A stretch of DNA of 58,511 nucleotides from positions 1-58,511 of the forward strand of contig JAFGJN010000320.1 of the NCBI GenBank assembly GCA_016929055.1. The letters are read 5' to 3'. Of the stretch, positions 26,858-37,079 are shown piece by piece (positions within the stretch are counted from its first letter, which is position 1; each line of letters opens with the position of its first letter). Made by a program: the position numbers and the translations under genes. The DNA is from Candidatus Zhuqueibacterota bacterium. GTDB taxonomy: Bacteria > Zhuqueibacterota > Zhuqueibacteria > Residuimicrobiales > Oceaniaggregativiventaceae. The notes below the pieces were generated by a model, which had not been told where the DNA came from, did not search any database, and was given only the letters and a program-made list of their open reading frames with translations.

Positions 26858-28465
26858 CTATATTTCTTTTTTTTCGATGATTGTATCGCGCCGATAAGCT
26901 TCATCATCGCGACGCGGGTAATCAGTGGTATAATGCAATCCCCGGCTCTCTTTGCGCGTCAAAGCCGAACGAACGATCAACATTGCCACCGTCGCCAGAT
27001 TGCGCAATTCGATGAGCTCATTGGTCACTTTGGTCCGTCTATAAAAATTTTCGACTTCCTGCCCGATCAGGCGCAACCGACTCAAAGCACGCTCGAGGCG
27101 CAGATTCGAGCGTACAATCCCGACATAGTCCCACATGATGTTTTTGATTTCCATACGATCATGCGAGATTAAAACCCATTCTTCGCTGTTAAACGTGCCG
27201 CTCTCATCCCAGGGTGGAATGGCAGGATAGTGTTCGGCTTCGCGGCGGGCAAAATCGGCCGCCGATTCAGCGGCCAAATGTCCAAAGACTACGGCCTCAA
27301 GCAGTGAATTTGAGGCCAAGCGGTTGGCACCATGCACGCCTGTACAGGTGACTTCGCCGCAAGCGAACAGACCCGACAAGCTGGTGGCGCTGTGGAGATC
27401 CGTCTGCACACCTCCACAGCTGTAATGGGCAGCCGGCACGACCGGTATCGGCTCTCGAGTGATGTCGATCTTGTAATACAAACAATTCTCATAGATATGA
27501 GGAAAGCGATTTTTGATTTCCTGGGATTTTTTATGGGTTATGTCGAGATAGATACAGGGATCACCGCTTTTTTTCAATTCGGCATCGATGGCGCGCGCAA
27601 CGATATCCCGCGGCGCTAAAGATCCCATCGGGTGATAGTGCTCCATAAAAGTCTGGCCGTTGCGCGTAACCAGACGAGCGCCAAAGCCGCGCACCGCTTC
27701 GGAGATCAAAAACGAATCGGCCTCCGCATGGTACAGAGTCGTTGGATGAAACTGCATAAACTCCATATTCGCAATGCGAGCGCCGGCTCGATAAGCCATG
27801 GCGATTCCATCGCCAGTCGCTATAGCCGGATTGGTCGTATGAAGATAAACCTGGCCGCAGCCTCCGCTGGCCAGAACAGTCGCTCTGGACTGCACCCGCA
27901 GCACGTTGGAATTTCTATCGTCCAACACGTAGGCGCCCCAACAATGCCGTTGCGCTGCCCGATTATAGGGTCCGAGAATTTGATGCTCGGTGATCAGATC
28001 GATAGCCGTATGGTTCTCGTAAACCTCAATCGCTGACTCGTTTTTTACTGCTTCAAGCAAGGCATTTTCGACATCCCGACCTGTATGATCTTTAACATGA
28101 ACGATGCGATCGATGTGGTGGCCGCCTTCCCGGCCCAGATCATAACGGCCATCATTCTTGCGGGTAAATTGCACCCCGATCTCGGCCAATTCGTCGACAC
28201 GTTTGGGCCCTTCACGCACGATCAATTCGACCGCCTCGCGTTGGCACAATCCGTCGCCCGCCTCCAGCGTGTCCTGTATATGTTTGGAAAAAGAATCGGT
28301 GGGATCAAAAACTGCGGCAATACCGCCCTGGGCATAATTGGTGTTCGACTCGGCCTTTTCTTTTTTTGTGACGATCGCAACTTTTCCGCGCCGTGCCAGC
28401 TTGAGTGCACAACTCAATCCCGCCATGCCGCTTCCGATGACCAAAAAGTCTGTCTCGATTCGCAT
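26858..28465 (-). CDS. nadB: L-aspartate oxidase
   Basis: FAD motif DFLVIGSGMAGLSCA, plus NYAQGGIAA, FMQFHPT and GLFACGEVTCTGVHGANRLASNSLLE. I use the ATG at 28465; the track start at 28480 is a TTG. Confidence 0.9.
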   Translation of the reverse strand: MRIETDFLVIGSGMAGLSCALKLARRGKVAIVTKKEKAESNTNYAQGGIAAVFDPTDSFSKHIQDTLEAGDGLCQREAVELIVREGPKRVDELAEIGVQFTRKNDGRYDLGREGGHHIDRIVHVKDHTGRDVENALLEAVKNESAIEVYENHTAIDLITEHQILGPYNRAAQRHCWGAYVLDDRNSNVLRVQSRATVLASGGCGQVYLHTTNPAIATGDGIAMAYRAGARIANMEFMQFHPTTLYHAEADSFLISEAVRGFGARLVTRNGQTFMEHYHPMGSLAPRDIVARAIDAELKKSGDPCIYLDITHKKSQEIKNRFPHIYENCLYYKIDITREPIPVVPAAHYSCGGVQTDLHSATSLSGLFACGEVTCTGVHGANRLASNSLLEAVVFGHLAAESAADFARREAEHYPAIPPWDESGTFNSEEWVLISHDRMEIKNIMWDYVGIVRSNLRLERALSRLRLIGQEVENFYRRTKVTNELIELRNLATVAMLIVRSALTRKESRGLHYTTDYPRRDDEAYRRDTIIEKKEI

Positions 28466-28598
28466 CTTGCTTCTCGTCAAAGGAAATATCGGTTCCCCTA
28501 GCTCTGCATTTCCATTTTTTTCAACATAAAAGAAAAGGGGCTTAAAAGCAATACCTTTCTGACAAAAAAATGCCGCAGGTCAGTTGCAAACACATCAT

Positions 28599-28955
28599 CT
28601 ATTCAACAATTGCCAGCAATTCGCGGTTGCGTATGGGCCGCGTTAAAAGGTATTTGAGGCCTTTTTCCGTAGCCTCATCGCAGAGGATGGAATCATCGCG
28701 ATCGCAGATTCCGACCAGTTTGGTCTGCGGATACCGTCTCACGATTCGATCATAGACTCCCCAAGTCGCACCCACTGTGGTGTGGTCTTCCCCAAGCGAA
28801 CCGAGGTCCAGAAACGCCAAATCCGGTGCTTCCTTTTCCATCAACAGCAAGAGGTCGTCGATATTTTCTGCAATCTCGACTCTATGATGATTCGAAAGAG
28901 CGAGGTACATCTGCATTTCGGAGCGTAACTCATCATTGAGAATGACTATTTTCAT
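28599..28955 (-). CDS. stand-alone receiver (CheY-like) domain protein, atypical
   Basis: 118 aa. MKIVILNDE...PDLAFLDLG...LVGIC...KYLLTRPI follows the receiver layout, but with N for the first acidic residue and R where the conserved K of the KP motif normally sits. Confidence 0.55.
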   Translation of the reverse strand: MKIVILNDELRSEMQMYLALSNHHRVEIAENIDDLLLLMEKEAPDLAFLDLGSLGEDHTTVGATWGVYDRIVRRYPQTKLVGICDRDDSILCDEATEKGLKYLLTRPIRNRELLAIVE

Positions 28956-29124
28956 AACCCGGCAGCTCTATCTCGTCCTCTCCAGTCTATCTCGTTCCGC
29001 AAGTCAGTCCGATAGCCCCAGCCATCGAATCGACTAGTGACCTCCAGTCGTTTGCATAATAGCCACAATCGTCTGTTTTTGCGGACATTTATTTATAGAT
29101 TTTTTCGACCAGAGAGTGCCGCCG

Positions 29125-30624
29125 CTATTTGTATGCTTTTAGCAATTCGCTCCTTTTGTAATAATGGGCGAGAATCTCTCGATACTCGTAACCGAGCTGC
29201 GCCATCACCGTCGCGCCTACCTGACAAAGCCCCACACCATGCCCCCAACCTGCTCCGTGCAGATGAAACGCTCGTACCATTCCATTTTCCTCGAGCTCCC
29301 GTTCGATATAAAAACACGCGCTGTAAAGATGACTTTTTGAAAGCGCTCGGCGGATTGCCAACTCTTTGCCGATTCGAATCGATTTTTTGCTGCCGATAAT
29401 GTCCAGGTTAATCAAGCGCCCGCTGGCACCCCGTTCGCCTGGAATGAGATCGACCAATTCGCCGAAATCCTCTTCGAGTTTGTTTTCCAGCAGCTCCTGC
29501 AACTCGGCCCGGGTATAGGTGACCGTCCAGCGAAACAACTCGGTCGAGTCATAGGGCAACGGAGATGTGATGCGGTATTTTTGTGTATTGCAAAAAACGT
29601 CGGGCGAAGCATCGATCAATGCCTTTGCCGCCTCTTCCGAATTGACCGGCAACTCGATTTTTTCCTTGCCATCGACTCCTTCAACCAGATAAGGAACACG
29701 GCGATGATCCCAAACCGACTCATAGTTTTCCATCACACCACCGCAGATCTTGGCATAACGCGCATCACACACCCGGCCGTTGAAAAACAGTGTTTCTCCG
29801 CAGGTCGCATCCGCTGCTTTTTGAGAAGCGTTTGAAATGTTGGCGATTCCGTGATAACATTGACAATGGTCGTCGGAACAGAGATGAAAACTGGAATCAT
29901 AGTGGTGTTTGCCCATGGTTGCCAAAATCGTGCTGCGGGCGGCAACCGTTTGCGCCTTGAGCAATTCAATCGGGTTCTCGGCGGTCATCTCGGAAGAATT
30001 GACACTGATCAGATAGGTTTCGATATCCAATTCATTGATGGCCAGCAATTTTCCGTTGTTATTGATTCCGATTTCCAGAACACCGGGCAGCTCCTGAGTG
30101 CGCTTGTGTTGCCAGTGAAATTCAATTCCAACAGTCACATCTTGCAAAAAGATGTGCCCTTCATCCTGTGGCTCGATGCGAATACCGCCGGGAACAGCAT
30201 AATCGCCGATCCGCACTCTACCGCTCGCGGATTCGATGATCTTGTTCACCACCACCGCTTCTCCTGCCAGCTCATACGCACGTGTAAAAGCGTCGGCCAT
30301 TACTCGCGAAGAAAAAGGCTCGGTCACGATCCAGAATTCCCGGTTGTCGACTTTGGTCTCTTCGATCTCCAATACAATACCAGGATTCCAAAGTTCGGTC
30401 GCGATGGATTTTTCTGTCAAATTGCGTTGTATTCGCTCGGCATCAGCGCGGCTTTCCGCAATCGCCAACCGCACCGCAAAATCGATTTTTGCCGGAACGG
30501 CATCCAGTATCTCAAACGTGTGGATCTTGTCGGCTTGTCCGGCAAATAAAACTTGACCTCCCAGATCGGTTGCTTGGAACGGATGTGAACAACGAAAGCT
30601 GATAGAATCAGCTGATTGAATCAT
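29125..30624 (-). CDS. SpoIID/LytB-domain protein
   Basis: Core region HLCSDDHCQCYHG...CGGVMENYESVW...GHGVGLCQVGA. The start is uncertain: the track start at 30795 overlaps the upstream CPBP gene. Candidates are the ATG at 30624 and a GTG at 30657, 1 nt after the upstream stop. Confidence 0.75.
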   Translation of the reverse strand: MIQSADSISFRCSHPFQATDLGGQVLFAGQADKIHTFEILDAVPAKIDFAVRLAIAESRADAERIQRNLTEKSIATELWNPGIVLEIEETKVDNREFWIVTEPFSSRVMADAFTRAYELAGEAVVVNKIIESASGRVRIGDYAVPGGIRIEPQDEGHIFLQDVTVGIEFHWQHKRTQELPGVLEIGINNNGKLLAINELDIETYLISVNSSEMTAENPIELLKAQTVAARSTILATMGKHHYDSSFHLCSDDHCQCYHGIANISNASQKAADATCGETLFFNGRVCDARYAKICGGVMENYESVWDHRRVPYLVEGVDGKEKIELPVNSEEAAKALIDASPDVFCNTQKYRITSPLPYDSTELFRWTVTYTRAELQELLENKLEEDFGELVDLIPGERGASGRLINLDIIGSKKSIRIGKELAIRRALSKSHLYSACFYIERELEENGMVRAFHLHGAGWGHGVGLCQVGATVMAQLGYEYREILAHYYKRSELLKAYK

Positions 30625-30658
30625 GCCGATTCGGACTCGAGGTCGATTGTTTGCCACG

Positions 30659-31450
30659 TCAAGTGCCTCCTCTAGTTTTTTGAGATTCCCGACCAAAAGC
30701 CAGCCAGGCCGGCACAAAACAAAAAACCGCGATGATGACCCAGTGCAGGCGAACATGATGATCGCCGCTGTACCATCGCAAGATCGCCGGGTCACAGTTG
30801 AGTATCAGAAGGGAAAATAAATTGTTTAGCATATGGACAAAAACCGCCGGCCAAAGACTACCGCTCTTCCACACCAAATAGCCCATCAGCAAACCGATGA
30901 CGGTTATCTGCAATGCGTTCCAGGGGTTCAGGTGCAGCAGAGAAAAGGCAATTGCGGAAAGAACAATCGCCCTGGCAGGATCGAGCTCGCGTTCCAGGCT
31001 GCCCTGCAAAAGGCCGCGAAACAACATTTCTTCGCTCAACCCCGCCGCCAGCACCGCGGCCAACACCAGAAAAACGGCATCGCTTGGCGTTTGAATACGC
31101 ATCATCGATTCGATCGCCTGGACGAAAATATCAGGCATCGGAAAAATCATCGCCATGATCCGATCGAGTTCATCCAGCAAAACAAAACCGGAAACGGCCA
31201 GTACGATCGAATAGAACACTTGGTGTGCGTTAAGAACAGTGAAACGAAATACTTGCCGCAAGGGCAAGCCCCGAAAAACGACATAGCCGATTGCAGGTAT
31301 GACCAGCAAAAGTTCTATCACCAATAAGGCCGGTTTGCTCATTCCGAATAAACCGATCAGCAAACCAGCAGTAAGAAAAATGAAAAAAGATGCTACAACC
31401 ACTATAACGGCGTGAAAGGCCTGAATCGCTTGCCCGGATGGCCGTTCCAT
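30659..31450 (-). CDS. CPBP-family (CAAX) intramembrane protease
   Basis: Motifs LSEEMLFRGLL, FSLLHLN and FVHMLNN in a polytopic membrane protein. The ATG at 31450 lies 1 nt after the upstream TGA; the track start at 31516 would overlap by 65 nt. Confidence 0.8.
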   Translation of the reverse strand: MERPSGQAIQAFHAVIVVVASFFIFLTAGLLIGLFGMSKPALLVIELLLVIPAIGYVVFRGLPLRQVFRFTVLNAHQVFYSIVLAVSGFVLLDELDRIMAMIFPMPDIFVQAIESMMRIQTPSDAVFLVLAAVLAAGLSEEMLFRGLLQGSLERELDPARAIVLSAIAFSLLHLNPWNALQITVIGLLMGYLVWKSGSLWPAVFVHMLNNLFSLLILNCDPAILRWYSGDHHVRLHWVIIAVFCFVPAWLAFGRESQKTRGGT

Positions 31451-31451
31451 T

Positions 31452-32276
31452 TCATTTCCTTTGGCTATGTATGTATAAGAGAATTGCCGCTGCCTGGGCA
31501 GCGTTGAGCGATTCACCCCTGCCGATTCGAGAAATCGTCAAACGCAGATCGATTTCTGATGCGAGACGTAAATCGAGCCCAGCAGCTTCGCTGCCGACAA
31601 GAATGAGCTCGCGATCCGCAGCCTGAATCCCACCGGGATCAATCCCACCGGTCGTCATAGCGGCGGTGATCCGGAATCCCTGTTCTCGAAAGCGCGGAAG
31701 CCAGTGCAAGAGATCTGTGTCGGCAAATACCGGCAGATGGAACAATCCGCCCATGCTGCTGCGTACCACTTTGGGGCTGGTCGAATCGACCGTACTGGGG
31801 CTGAGAAGCACTCCCGAGACTCCGAACCAGGCTGCCGTGCGCAAAATCGTTCCCAGATTTCCAGGATCACGCAGAGAATCGATTGCCAGCCAGACGCCTG
31901 TGGCCTTGATAATATATTCGTCCAGCCGCGGCAAAATCGAACGAACGACGCAAGCGATCCCCTGGGGATGCTGCGTGTCGCAAAACTGGTGGAAAATATC
32001 GGCCTCTGAAAAAAAGAGCGGGATTCGCTTTCTTTCAGCTATATCGACCAATGCGAGAAACCGCTGGTCACTCGCCAATCGCTTCGGATCGATGATCAAT
32101 TCCTGCGGTTCAACCCAGCGGCAGGCAAAGGCTTCTTCACAAAGCCGCAAGCCTTCTAAAAGAAATTTCGCCTCCTTGCGGCGCTGCTTTTTCGTCTGCA
32201 GAGCGCGCAAGACGCGCAGATGCGCGTTCGAAAGAGACGAGTATCGAATTTTTCTTTCTCCTCTCGCGCCCAGCAT
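31452..32276 (-). CDS. TrmH/SpoU-family RNA 2'-O-methyltransferase (RlmB-like)
   Basis: 274 aa. Motifs: LDSLRDPGNLGTILRTA, LILVGSEAAGL, SLNAAQAAAILLY. Confidence 0.8.
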   Translation of the reverse strand: MLGARGERKIRYSSLSNAHLRVLRALQTKKQRRKEAKFLLEGLRLCEEAFACRWVEPQELIIDPKRLASDQRFLALVDIAERKRIPLFFSEADIFHQFCDTQHPQGIACVVRSILPRLDEYIIKATGVWLAIDSLRDPGNLGTILRTAAWFGVSGVLLSPSTVDSTSPKVVRSSMGGLFHLPVFADTDLLHWLPRFREQGFRITAAMTTGGIDPGGIQAADRELILVGSEAAGLDLRLASEIDLRLTISRIGRGESLNAAQAAAILLYIHSQRK

Positions 32277-32280
32277 GCCT

Positions 32281-33561
32281 TCAGCTCTTTTTGTCCGTGT
32301 GTTTCTGCATACGAATCATCATCGGTACAATTTGATCGAACAATAGAGATTGTTGTTCGCCAGTCGACAGGTTTTTCACCGTAGCGGTTTGATTCACCAT
32401 CTCTTCATCTCCCAGAATGACGGCATAGTCGACCCCCAGGCGATTGGCTTCACGCATCTGCGCTTTGAAACTGCGGTTGCCAAAAGACATCAGGGCAGCA
32501 ATACCGATATCGCGAAGATCGGCAATCAACTCGATCGCTTTGAGATCAGCGGCCTGACCTATATGAGCGACGAAAACAAATGGCCTAAGCAATTCCGGTG
32601 GCTCGATATTCTGCTCGCGCATGCCGAGTATCATACGCTCGATACCTGAACCGAATCCGATTCCAGGAGTCGGTTTGCCGCCCAGCTGCTCGATCAATCC
32701 GTCATATCGTCCACCGCCGCACATGGCGTTTTGTGAACCGATACCCTCCACCCAAACCTCAAAAACGGTCTTGGTGTAGTAATCGAGTCCGCGAACCAAT
32801 CTATGATTGATGCGGTAAGGCCGTTTGAGCGTATCGAGATAGAGACGCAACGTGGCAAAATGATCACGGCATTCAATGCAGAGATGGTTGTGAATCACAG
32901 GTGCGCCGGCACTGATTTCCTGACAAGTTTCGACTTTACAGTCTAAAAGCCGTAAAGGGTTGCGCTCCAACCGCCGCTTGCAGTCCCCGCAAATGGCCTC
33001 CTGATGATGATAATAATATTCCTTGAGCTGCTCGATATAAGCGGGACGACAGTGTGGGCAGCCCGTGCTATTCAATTGAAAAGCCAAGCCGGAAAATCCA
33101 AGTTCTGCATAGAGCTGCCAGGCCACCGACATCACCTCGAGATCGACAGCTGGATCCTGTTCCCCCAAAACTTCGACGTTGAATTGGGTGTGCTGGCGGA
33201 AACGCCCCGCTTGCGGTCTTTCGTAACGAAAAATTGGGCCGATACTGTACAACTTGACCGGTTTCGGCGCCACGTGCAGTCCGTTCTGCAAATAAAGCCG
33301 CATCACTCCAGCCGTATATTCCGGCCGAAGCGTTAAAGAGTTGTCGCCTTTATCGAAAAAAGTATACATCTCTTTTTCGACGATATCGGTGGTTTCACCG
33401 ACTCCGCGCAAAAAAAGAGCGGTTTCTTCAAAAATGGGCGGTTCCACCCGTTCAAAGCCGAATCTTTCGGTGATTCGAAAAATTGTTTTTTCGATAAAAC
33501 GCCAATATTTCTGTTCCTGCGGTAAGACGTCTCGCGTTCCTTTGATCGATTGGTATTTCAT
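32281..33561 (-). CDS. hisS: histidine--tRNA ligase
   Basis: MKYQSIKGTRDVLP start, then class II motifs FRYERPQAGRFRQH and GGGRYDGL, and a C-terminal anticodon-binding domain. The ATG at 33561 follows AGAGGA. Confidence 0.9.
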   Translation of the reverse strand: MKYQSIKGTRDVLPQEQKYWRFIEKTIFRITERFGFERVEPPIFEETALFLRGVGETTDIVEKEMYTFFDKGDNSLTLRPEYTAGVMRLYLQNGLHVAPKPVKLYSIGPIFRYERPQAGRFRQHTQFNVEVLGEQDPAVDLEVMSVAWQLYAELGFSGLAFQLNSTGCPHCRPAYIEQLKEYYYHHQEAICGDCKRRLERNPLRLLDCKVETCQEISAGAPVIHNHLCIECRDHFATLRLYLDTLKRPYRINHRLVRGLDYYTKTVFEVWVEGIGSQNAMCGGGRYDGLIEQLGGKPTPGIGFGSGIERMILGMREQNIEPPELLRPFVFVAHIGQAADLKAIELIADLRDIGIAALMSFGNRSFKAQMREANRLGVDYAVILGDEEMVNQTATVKNLSTGEQQSLLFDQIVPMMIRMQKHTDKKS

Positions 33562-33669
33562 TCCTCTTTCCTCGGTGATACGGCTCAAATAACTTTGCGT
33601 TTAATCGTCGAATCCAGACGTCCAAGCGGGCCTTTGCCGGTTTCGATATGCGGACACTCAAATCCAGCG

Positions 33670-34146
33670 CTAAAGAGCAAAATATTTTTTTTCTTCACTT
33701 TCGATGGCGTTCAAAACTTCCTGGCTGTCGTGGGCAAGAGCGAGTTGTTCCCGAAATCCTTCTCGATGCATCAATCGGGATATTCGACTCAGAGCTTTCA
33801 AATGCGGACCGGTTTGTTCCGTTGGGCCGACTAAAAGAAAAACCATGCGGATCGGCTTGCCGTCGATTGTGTCGAAATCCACAGGCTCGCGCGTCACGCC
33901 AAAAGCGGCAACAAGTGTGTCGACCGCATCGGTTTTAGCGTGCGGTATCGCGATCCCATCACCCATTCCGGTGCTCATGACACGTTCGCGTTCCATAACC
34001 GCTGCCAAAACAACCGCCGCATCCCGCTGATTGACTTGATGGGCCTGGCAAAGCAAATCCACCATCTCTTCGATGATTCGGCTCTTTTCATTGTTTTTCA
34101 GCGGGATTCGAATGACTTCCGGAGTAAGCAAGTCCCCGAGTTTCAT
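33670..34146 (-). CDS. ptsN: PTS EIIA(Ntr)-type nitrogen regulatory protein
   Basis: 158 aa with the EIIA type-2 active-site context GMGDGIAIPHAK. AGGAG RBS. Confidence 0.75.
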   Translation of the reverse strand: MKLGDLLTPEVIRIPLKNNEKSRIIEEMVDLLCQAHQVNQRDAAVVLAAVMERERVMSTGMGDGIAIPHAKTDAVDTLVAAFGVTREPVDFDTIDGKPIRMVFLLVGPTEQTGPHLKALSRISRLMHREGFREQLALAHDSQEVLNAIESEEKKYFAL

Positions 34147-34447
34147 TAGAGTCTCCTGTCAGTTGTATGGCGGTGCGATACAGCAGCACCAAGTCGTGCT
34201 TCCGTAACAGCAACACAGAAAAGTTAGCGATCGGGATTGTCGCCGGCGGCCGACAGACCAATAGGATTGAATCGGGATGCAACAAAATCCTGACCATTCG
34301 CCGAGTAGTCGTTTAGTATCGATTGGCAGGCCGATTGACAAAAATTTGAAAATCAACAGGTGTCCGGTCGTCAGATCGAACACACGGGTGTAAATATATT
34401 GAATATCATTGAAATAATCAAAACATTTTCAGGCACTGAATCTTTCT

Positions 34448-34807
34448 CTAGTTCTCGAGTTTTCGAATCGAGCTGATGACCAACAACACCCCGGTCACTA
34501 TCAGAATGAGGGGCCACCAGTTTTGCAGATAAATGATTTTACCGCCGCCAACAGCTATCAGTATCGGTCCCCAAATGATACGCGTTAGGGACGGATGCCG
34601 ATAGTTGGGCAGCGCCAGACGAACGACTGACTCTAGCAAAAACACAATGCCGACCAAAAAAATCAGCCACCAGAACCACCCCGCTTGCAACCAGTTATGC
34701 TGATCTGCGAAAATCAGAGAACCGGCCAGGATAAAAATAACACCTAAAATGAAACCGTTCAGACGATCTTGCTTATAAGAGGGCTGCAAATTCGTGGATT
34801 CGGACAT
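34448..34807 (-). CDS. small hypothetical membrane protein (about 4 TM segments)
   Basis: The ATG at 34807 follows GGAGGAG. Hydrophobic segments: GFILGVIFILAGSLIF, WFWWLIFLVGIVFLL, IIWGPILIAVGG, WWPLILIVTGVLLVI. The track start at 34894 has no RBS. Confidence 0.5.
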   Translation of the reverse strand: MSESTNLQPSYKQDRLNGFILGVIFILAGSLIFADQHNWLQAGWFWWLIFLVGIVFLLESVVRLALPNYRHPSLTRIIWGPILIAVGGGKIIYLQNWWPLILIVTGVLLVISSIRKLEN

Positions 34808-35163
34808 TTTTTTCTCCTCCGTTTGATTTTTAATCAGCTTTCTGCCGACCATCCGCAGGATGGGAGCGCTCTTGTAACAGCAAAAATCAAACACAGCCTG
34901 AAAAGATTCAGCACGCCAAAACCTTCAAGCTCTTTGGTGTACGAATTCACCTTGTCCGGGTTACAAGAGGATTGCGAACAACTCTATCTGTAATGCTTTT
35001 TCCATCCGCCAGAACTAACGTTCGAAATAAAGCAAATCAACAACTTGACCTCGATTCCCAATCGTGATGGATAAAAAGTTTGCTTTTTGAACACATCCGG
35101 TTATATTAAAAAGTAATGTCCTACAAAAAAACAATCTTTGCAAACAAAACATGAGGTTTTACT

Positions 35164-35748
35164 GTGAGCATTGCCGCTTTTATCAAAAATCGCCGAACCA
35201 TTCGACGCTTCCAGCAAACTCCCATTCCCCTAACCACCTTGCGCAGTCTGGTGGATGCCGCCCGTCTTGCTCCGTCGGGAGCCAACTTGCAGCCGCTGGA
35301 ATACATCGTTGTCGAAGAGCGAGATGCCGTTCTCCGCGTCTTCGAACATACCCGTTGGGCGGCTTATCTGCCTGGTGAACAGGGCCGTCCGCCTCAGGGT
35401 CAGGAGCCGACGGCTTTTATTGTTTTGCTGATCAATCGTTCCATCCGGCCTGAAGGCGGCCAGCATGATGCCGGCGCCGCCATGCAAAACATCATCCTGA
35501 CCGCCCTTGAACTCGGCATCGGTTCCTGCTGGCTCGGTTCGCTTGATCGCGCCGCTCTGACCATTCTGCTCGGTATACCCAAAAACTATGAAATCGATAC
35601 CGCCCTGGCTTTGGGCTATCCGGATGAACAACCCGTTGTTGAGGAACTTACCGACTCGGTCAAATATTATCTTGACTCGTCGAATCGATTGCATGTACCC
35701 AAACGCAAACTCGACAGCATTTTGCACGTTAACCGCTATTCACAATAG
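35164..35748 (+). CDS. nitroreductase-family protein
   Basis: 194 aa. IKNRRTIRRFQ...APSGANLQPLEYIVV...QNIILTALELGIGSCW. Confidence 0.8.
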   Translation: MSIAAFIKNRRTIRRFQQTPIPLTTLRSLVDAARLAPSGANLQPLEYIVVEERDAVLRVFEHTRWAAYLPGEQGRPPQGQEPTAFIVLLINRSIRPEGGQHDAGAAMQNIILTALELGIGSCWLGSLDRAALTILLGIPKNYEIDTALALGYPDEQPVVEELTDSVKYYLDSSNRLHVPKRKLDSILHVNRYSQ

Positions 35749-36015
35749 CACTCACCGACCGATTGTTCATCGACCGACAGGTAAAAAATCAACAATTAAG
35801 GCACAAAAGGCGACAAAGCCTCGACTCGCCGAAAACGAAAAGGAGTGGAATTGCAGGTGTCTCCTTGAGGGGCATCACTCAACCCAAATGCTGTAAAACC
35901 AGTGTAATTATACAAAAATGGAAAAAGCAAGTTGCGCACAATTTTCGTTTATCTCGAGTTGACCAGTTATCACAAGTCAAATAAATCGTTAAGAATCTAT
36001 TTGGGACAGGAATGA

Positions 36016-37062
36016 ATGGAACGGAATACCAGTAAAAAGAGATGGGGATTTGCTCTGGTCGGAACCGGGGTGATCGCCCCTTATCATCTCAAGGCGCTGA
36101 GCAGCATCGACGAATGCCGAGTGGTAACGGTCTGTGACACCGATTCGCACAAGGCTCGCTCCTTTGCAGAAGAGCACGGATTGGCATGGACCGATAATCT
36201 TCAGACGATTCTCGACGACCCGCAAGTCGATGTGGTGGACGTTACGGTACCATCCGGTCTTCACGCCGGTATCGGTATCGCAGCAGCTCTGGCAGGCAAA
36301 CATGTGATGGTGGAAAAACCGATCGATATCTCTTTGGATAAAGCCGACCGATTGATCCGCACCTGTCGCGACACAGGTGTAATCCTGGGTGTGATCAGTC
36401 AGAATCGGTTTCTCGACTCGATGCAAACCCTTTACCGAACGGTGGAATCCGGAGCACTGGGCACATTGCTTCAGGGCGATGCAGCGATTAAATGGCATCG
36501 CACTCAGGCCTATTATGACAGCGGCGCCTGGCGCGGAACACGCGAGCTGGATGGCGGGGGAGCCTTTATGAATCAGGGTATCCATTTTATCGATCTTTTG
36601 CTTTCGATTATGGGACCGGTTAAATGGCTGCAAGCGCGATGCAAGACTGCTGCACATCGCATCGAGGTCGAGGACATCGGGATGGTGTTGCTGGAATTCG
36701 AAAGCGGCGCTTATGGTGTGATCCAGGCTTCCACCGCTTTTTTCCCCGGTCTGCCGGCCCGGCTGGAAATTCACGGCACCCGAGGCAGTGCACGGATCGA
36801 AGGCGAACGTCTGGCCTTTTTGCATGTAGAAGGCGAAGACTCTCGTCAGGACCCGGGTGGCGCCGCCGGTGGTGCTTCAGATCCCAAAGCCATCGAGGCC
36901 ACGCCGTTTGAAAAGCAATATCGAGATTTTATCGCGGCAATCGAGGAAAAACGCGATCCCATCGTCAGTGGAACAGTGGCCCGCAAACCGCTACAGCTGA
37001 TTCTTGCGATCTATGAATCATCGCGCCTTCAAAAACCTGTGGAATTGGCAAAATTCTCCTAA
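36016..37062 (+). CDS. Gfo/Idh/MocA-family oxidoreductase
   Basis: Rossmann N-terminus FALVGTGVIAPYHLKAL, EKP motif VMVEKPI, and the C-terminal dimerisation-domain layout. Confidence 0.8.
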   Translation: MERNTSKKRWGFALVGTGVIAPYHLKALSSIDECRVVTVCDTDSHKARSFAEEHGLAWTDNLQTILDDPQVDVVDVTVPSGLHAGIGIAAALAGKHVMVEKPIDISLDKADRLIRTCRDTGVILGVISQNRFLDSMQTLYRTVESGALGTLLQGDAAIKWHRTQAYYDSGAWRGTRELDGGGAFMNQGIHFIDLLLSIMGPVKWLQARCKTAAHRIEVEDIGMVLLEFESGAYGVIQASTAFFPGLPARLEIHGTRGSARIEGERLAFLHVEGEDSRQDPGGAAGGASDPKAIEATPFEKQYRDFIAAIEEKRDPIVSGTVARKPLQLILAIYESSRLQKPVELAKFS

Positions 37063-37079
37063 TCTTCTCGAGGTTCACA

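Noticed and set aside
28967-28995. Direct repeat TCTATCTCGT x2 (19-bp spacing) just upstream of the receiver-domain gene
   Set aside because: My rough estimate is that one or two such 10-mer near-repeats are expected by chance in 58 kb, and nothing else supports a function.
30625-30795. Upstream 57-aa extension of the SpoIID-like ORF
   Set aside because: It would overlap the CPBP protease gene by 137 nt. Its sequence (MTRRSCDGTAAIIMFACTGSSS...) shows no signal-peptide or domain logic.
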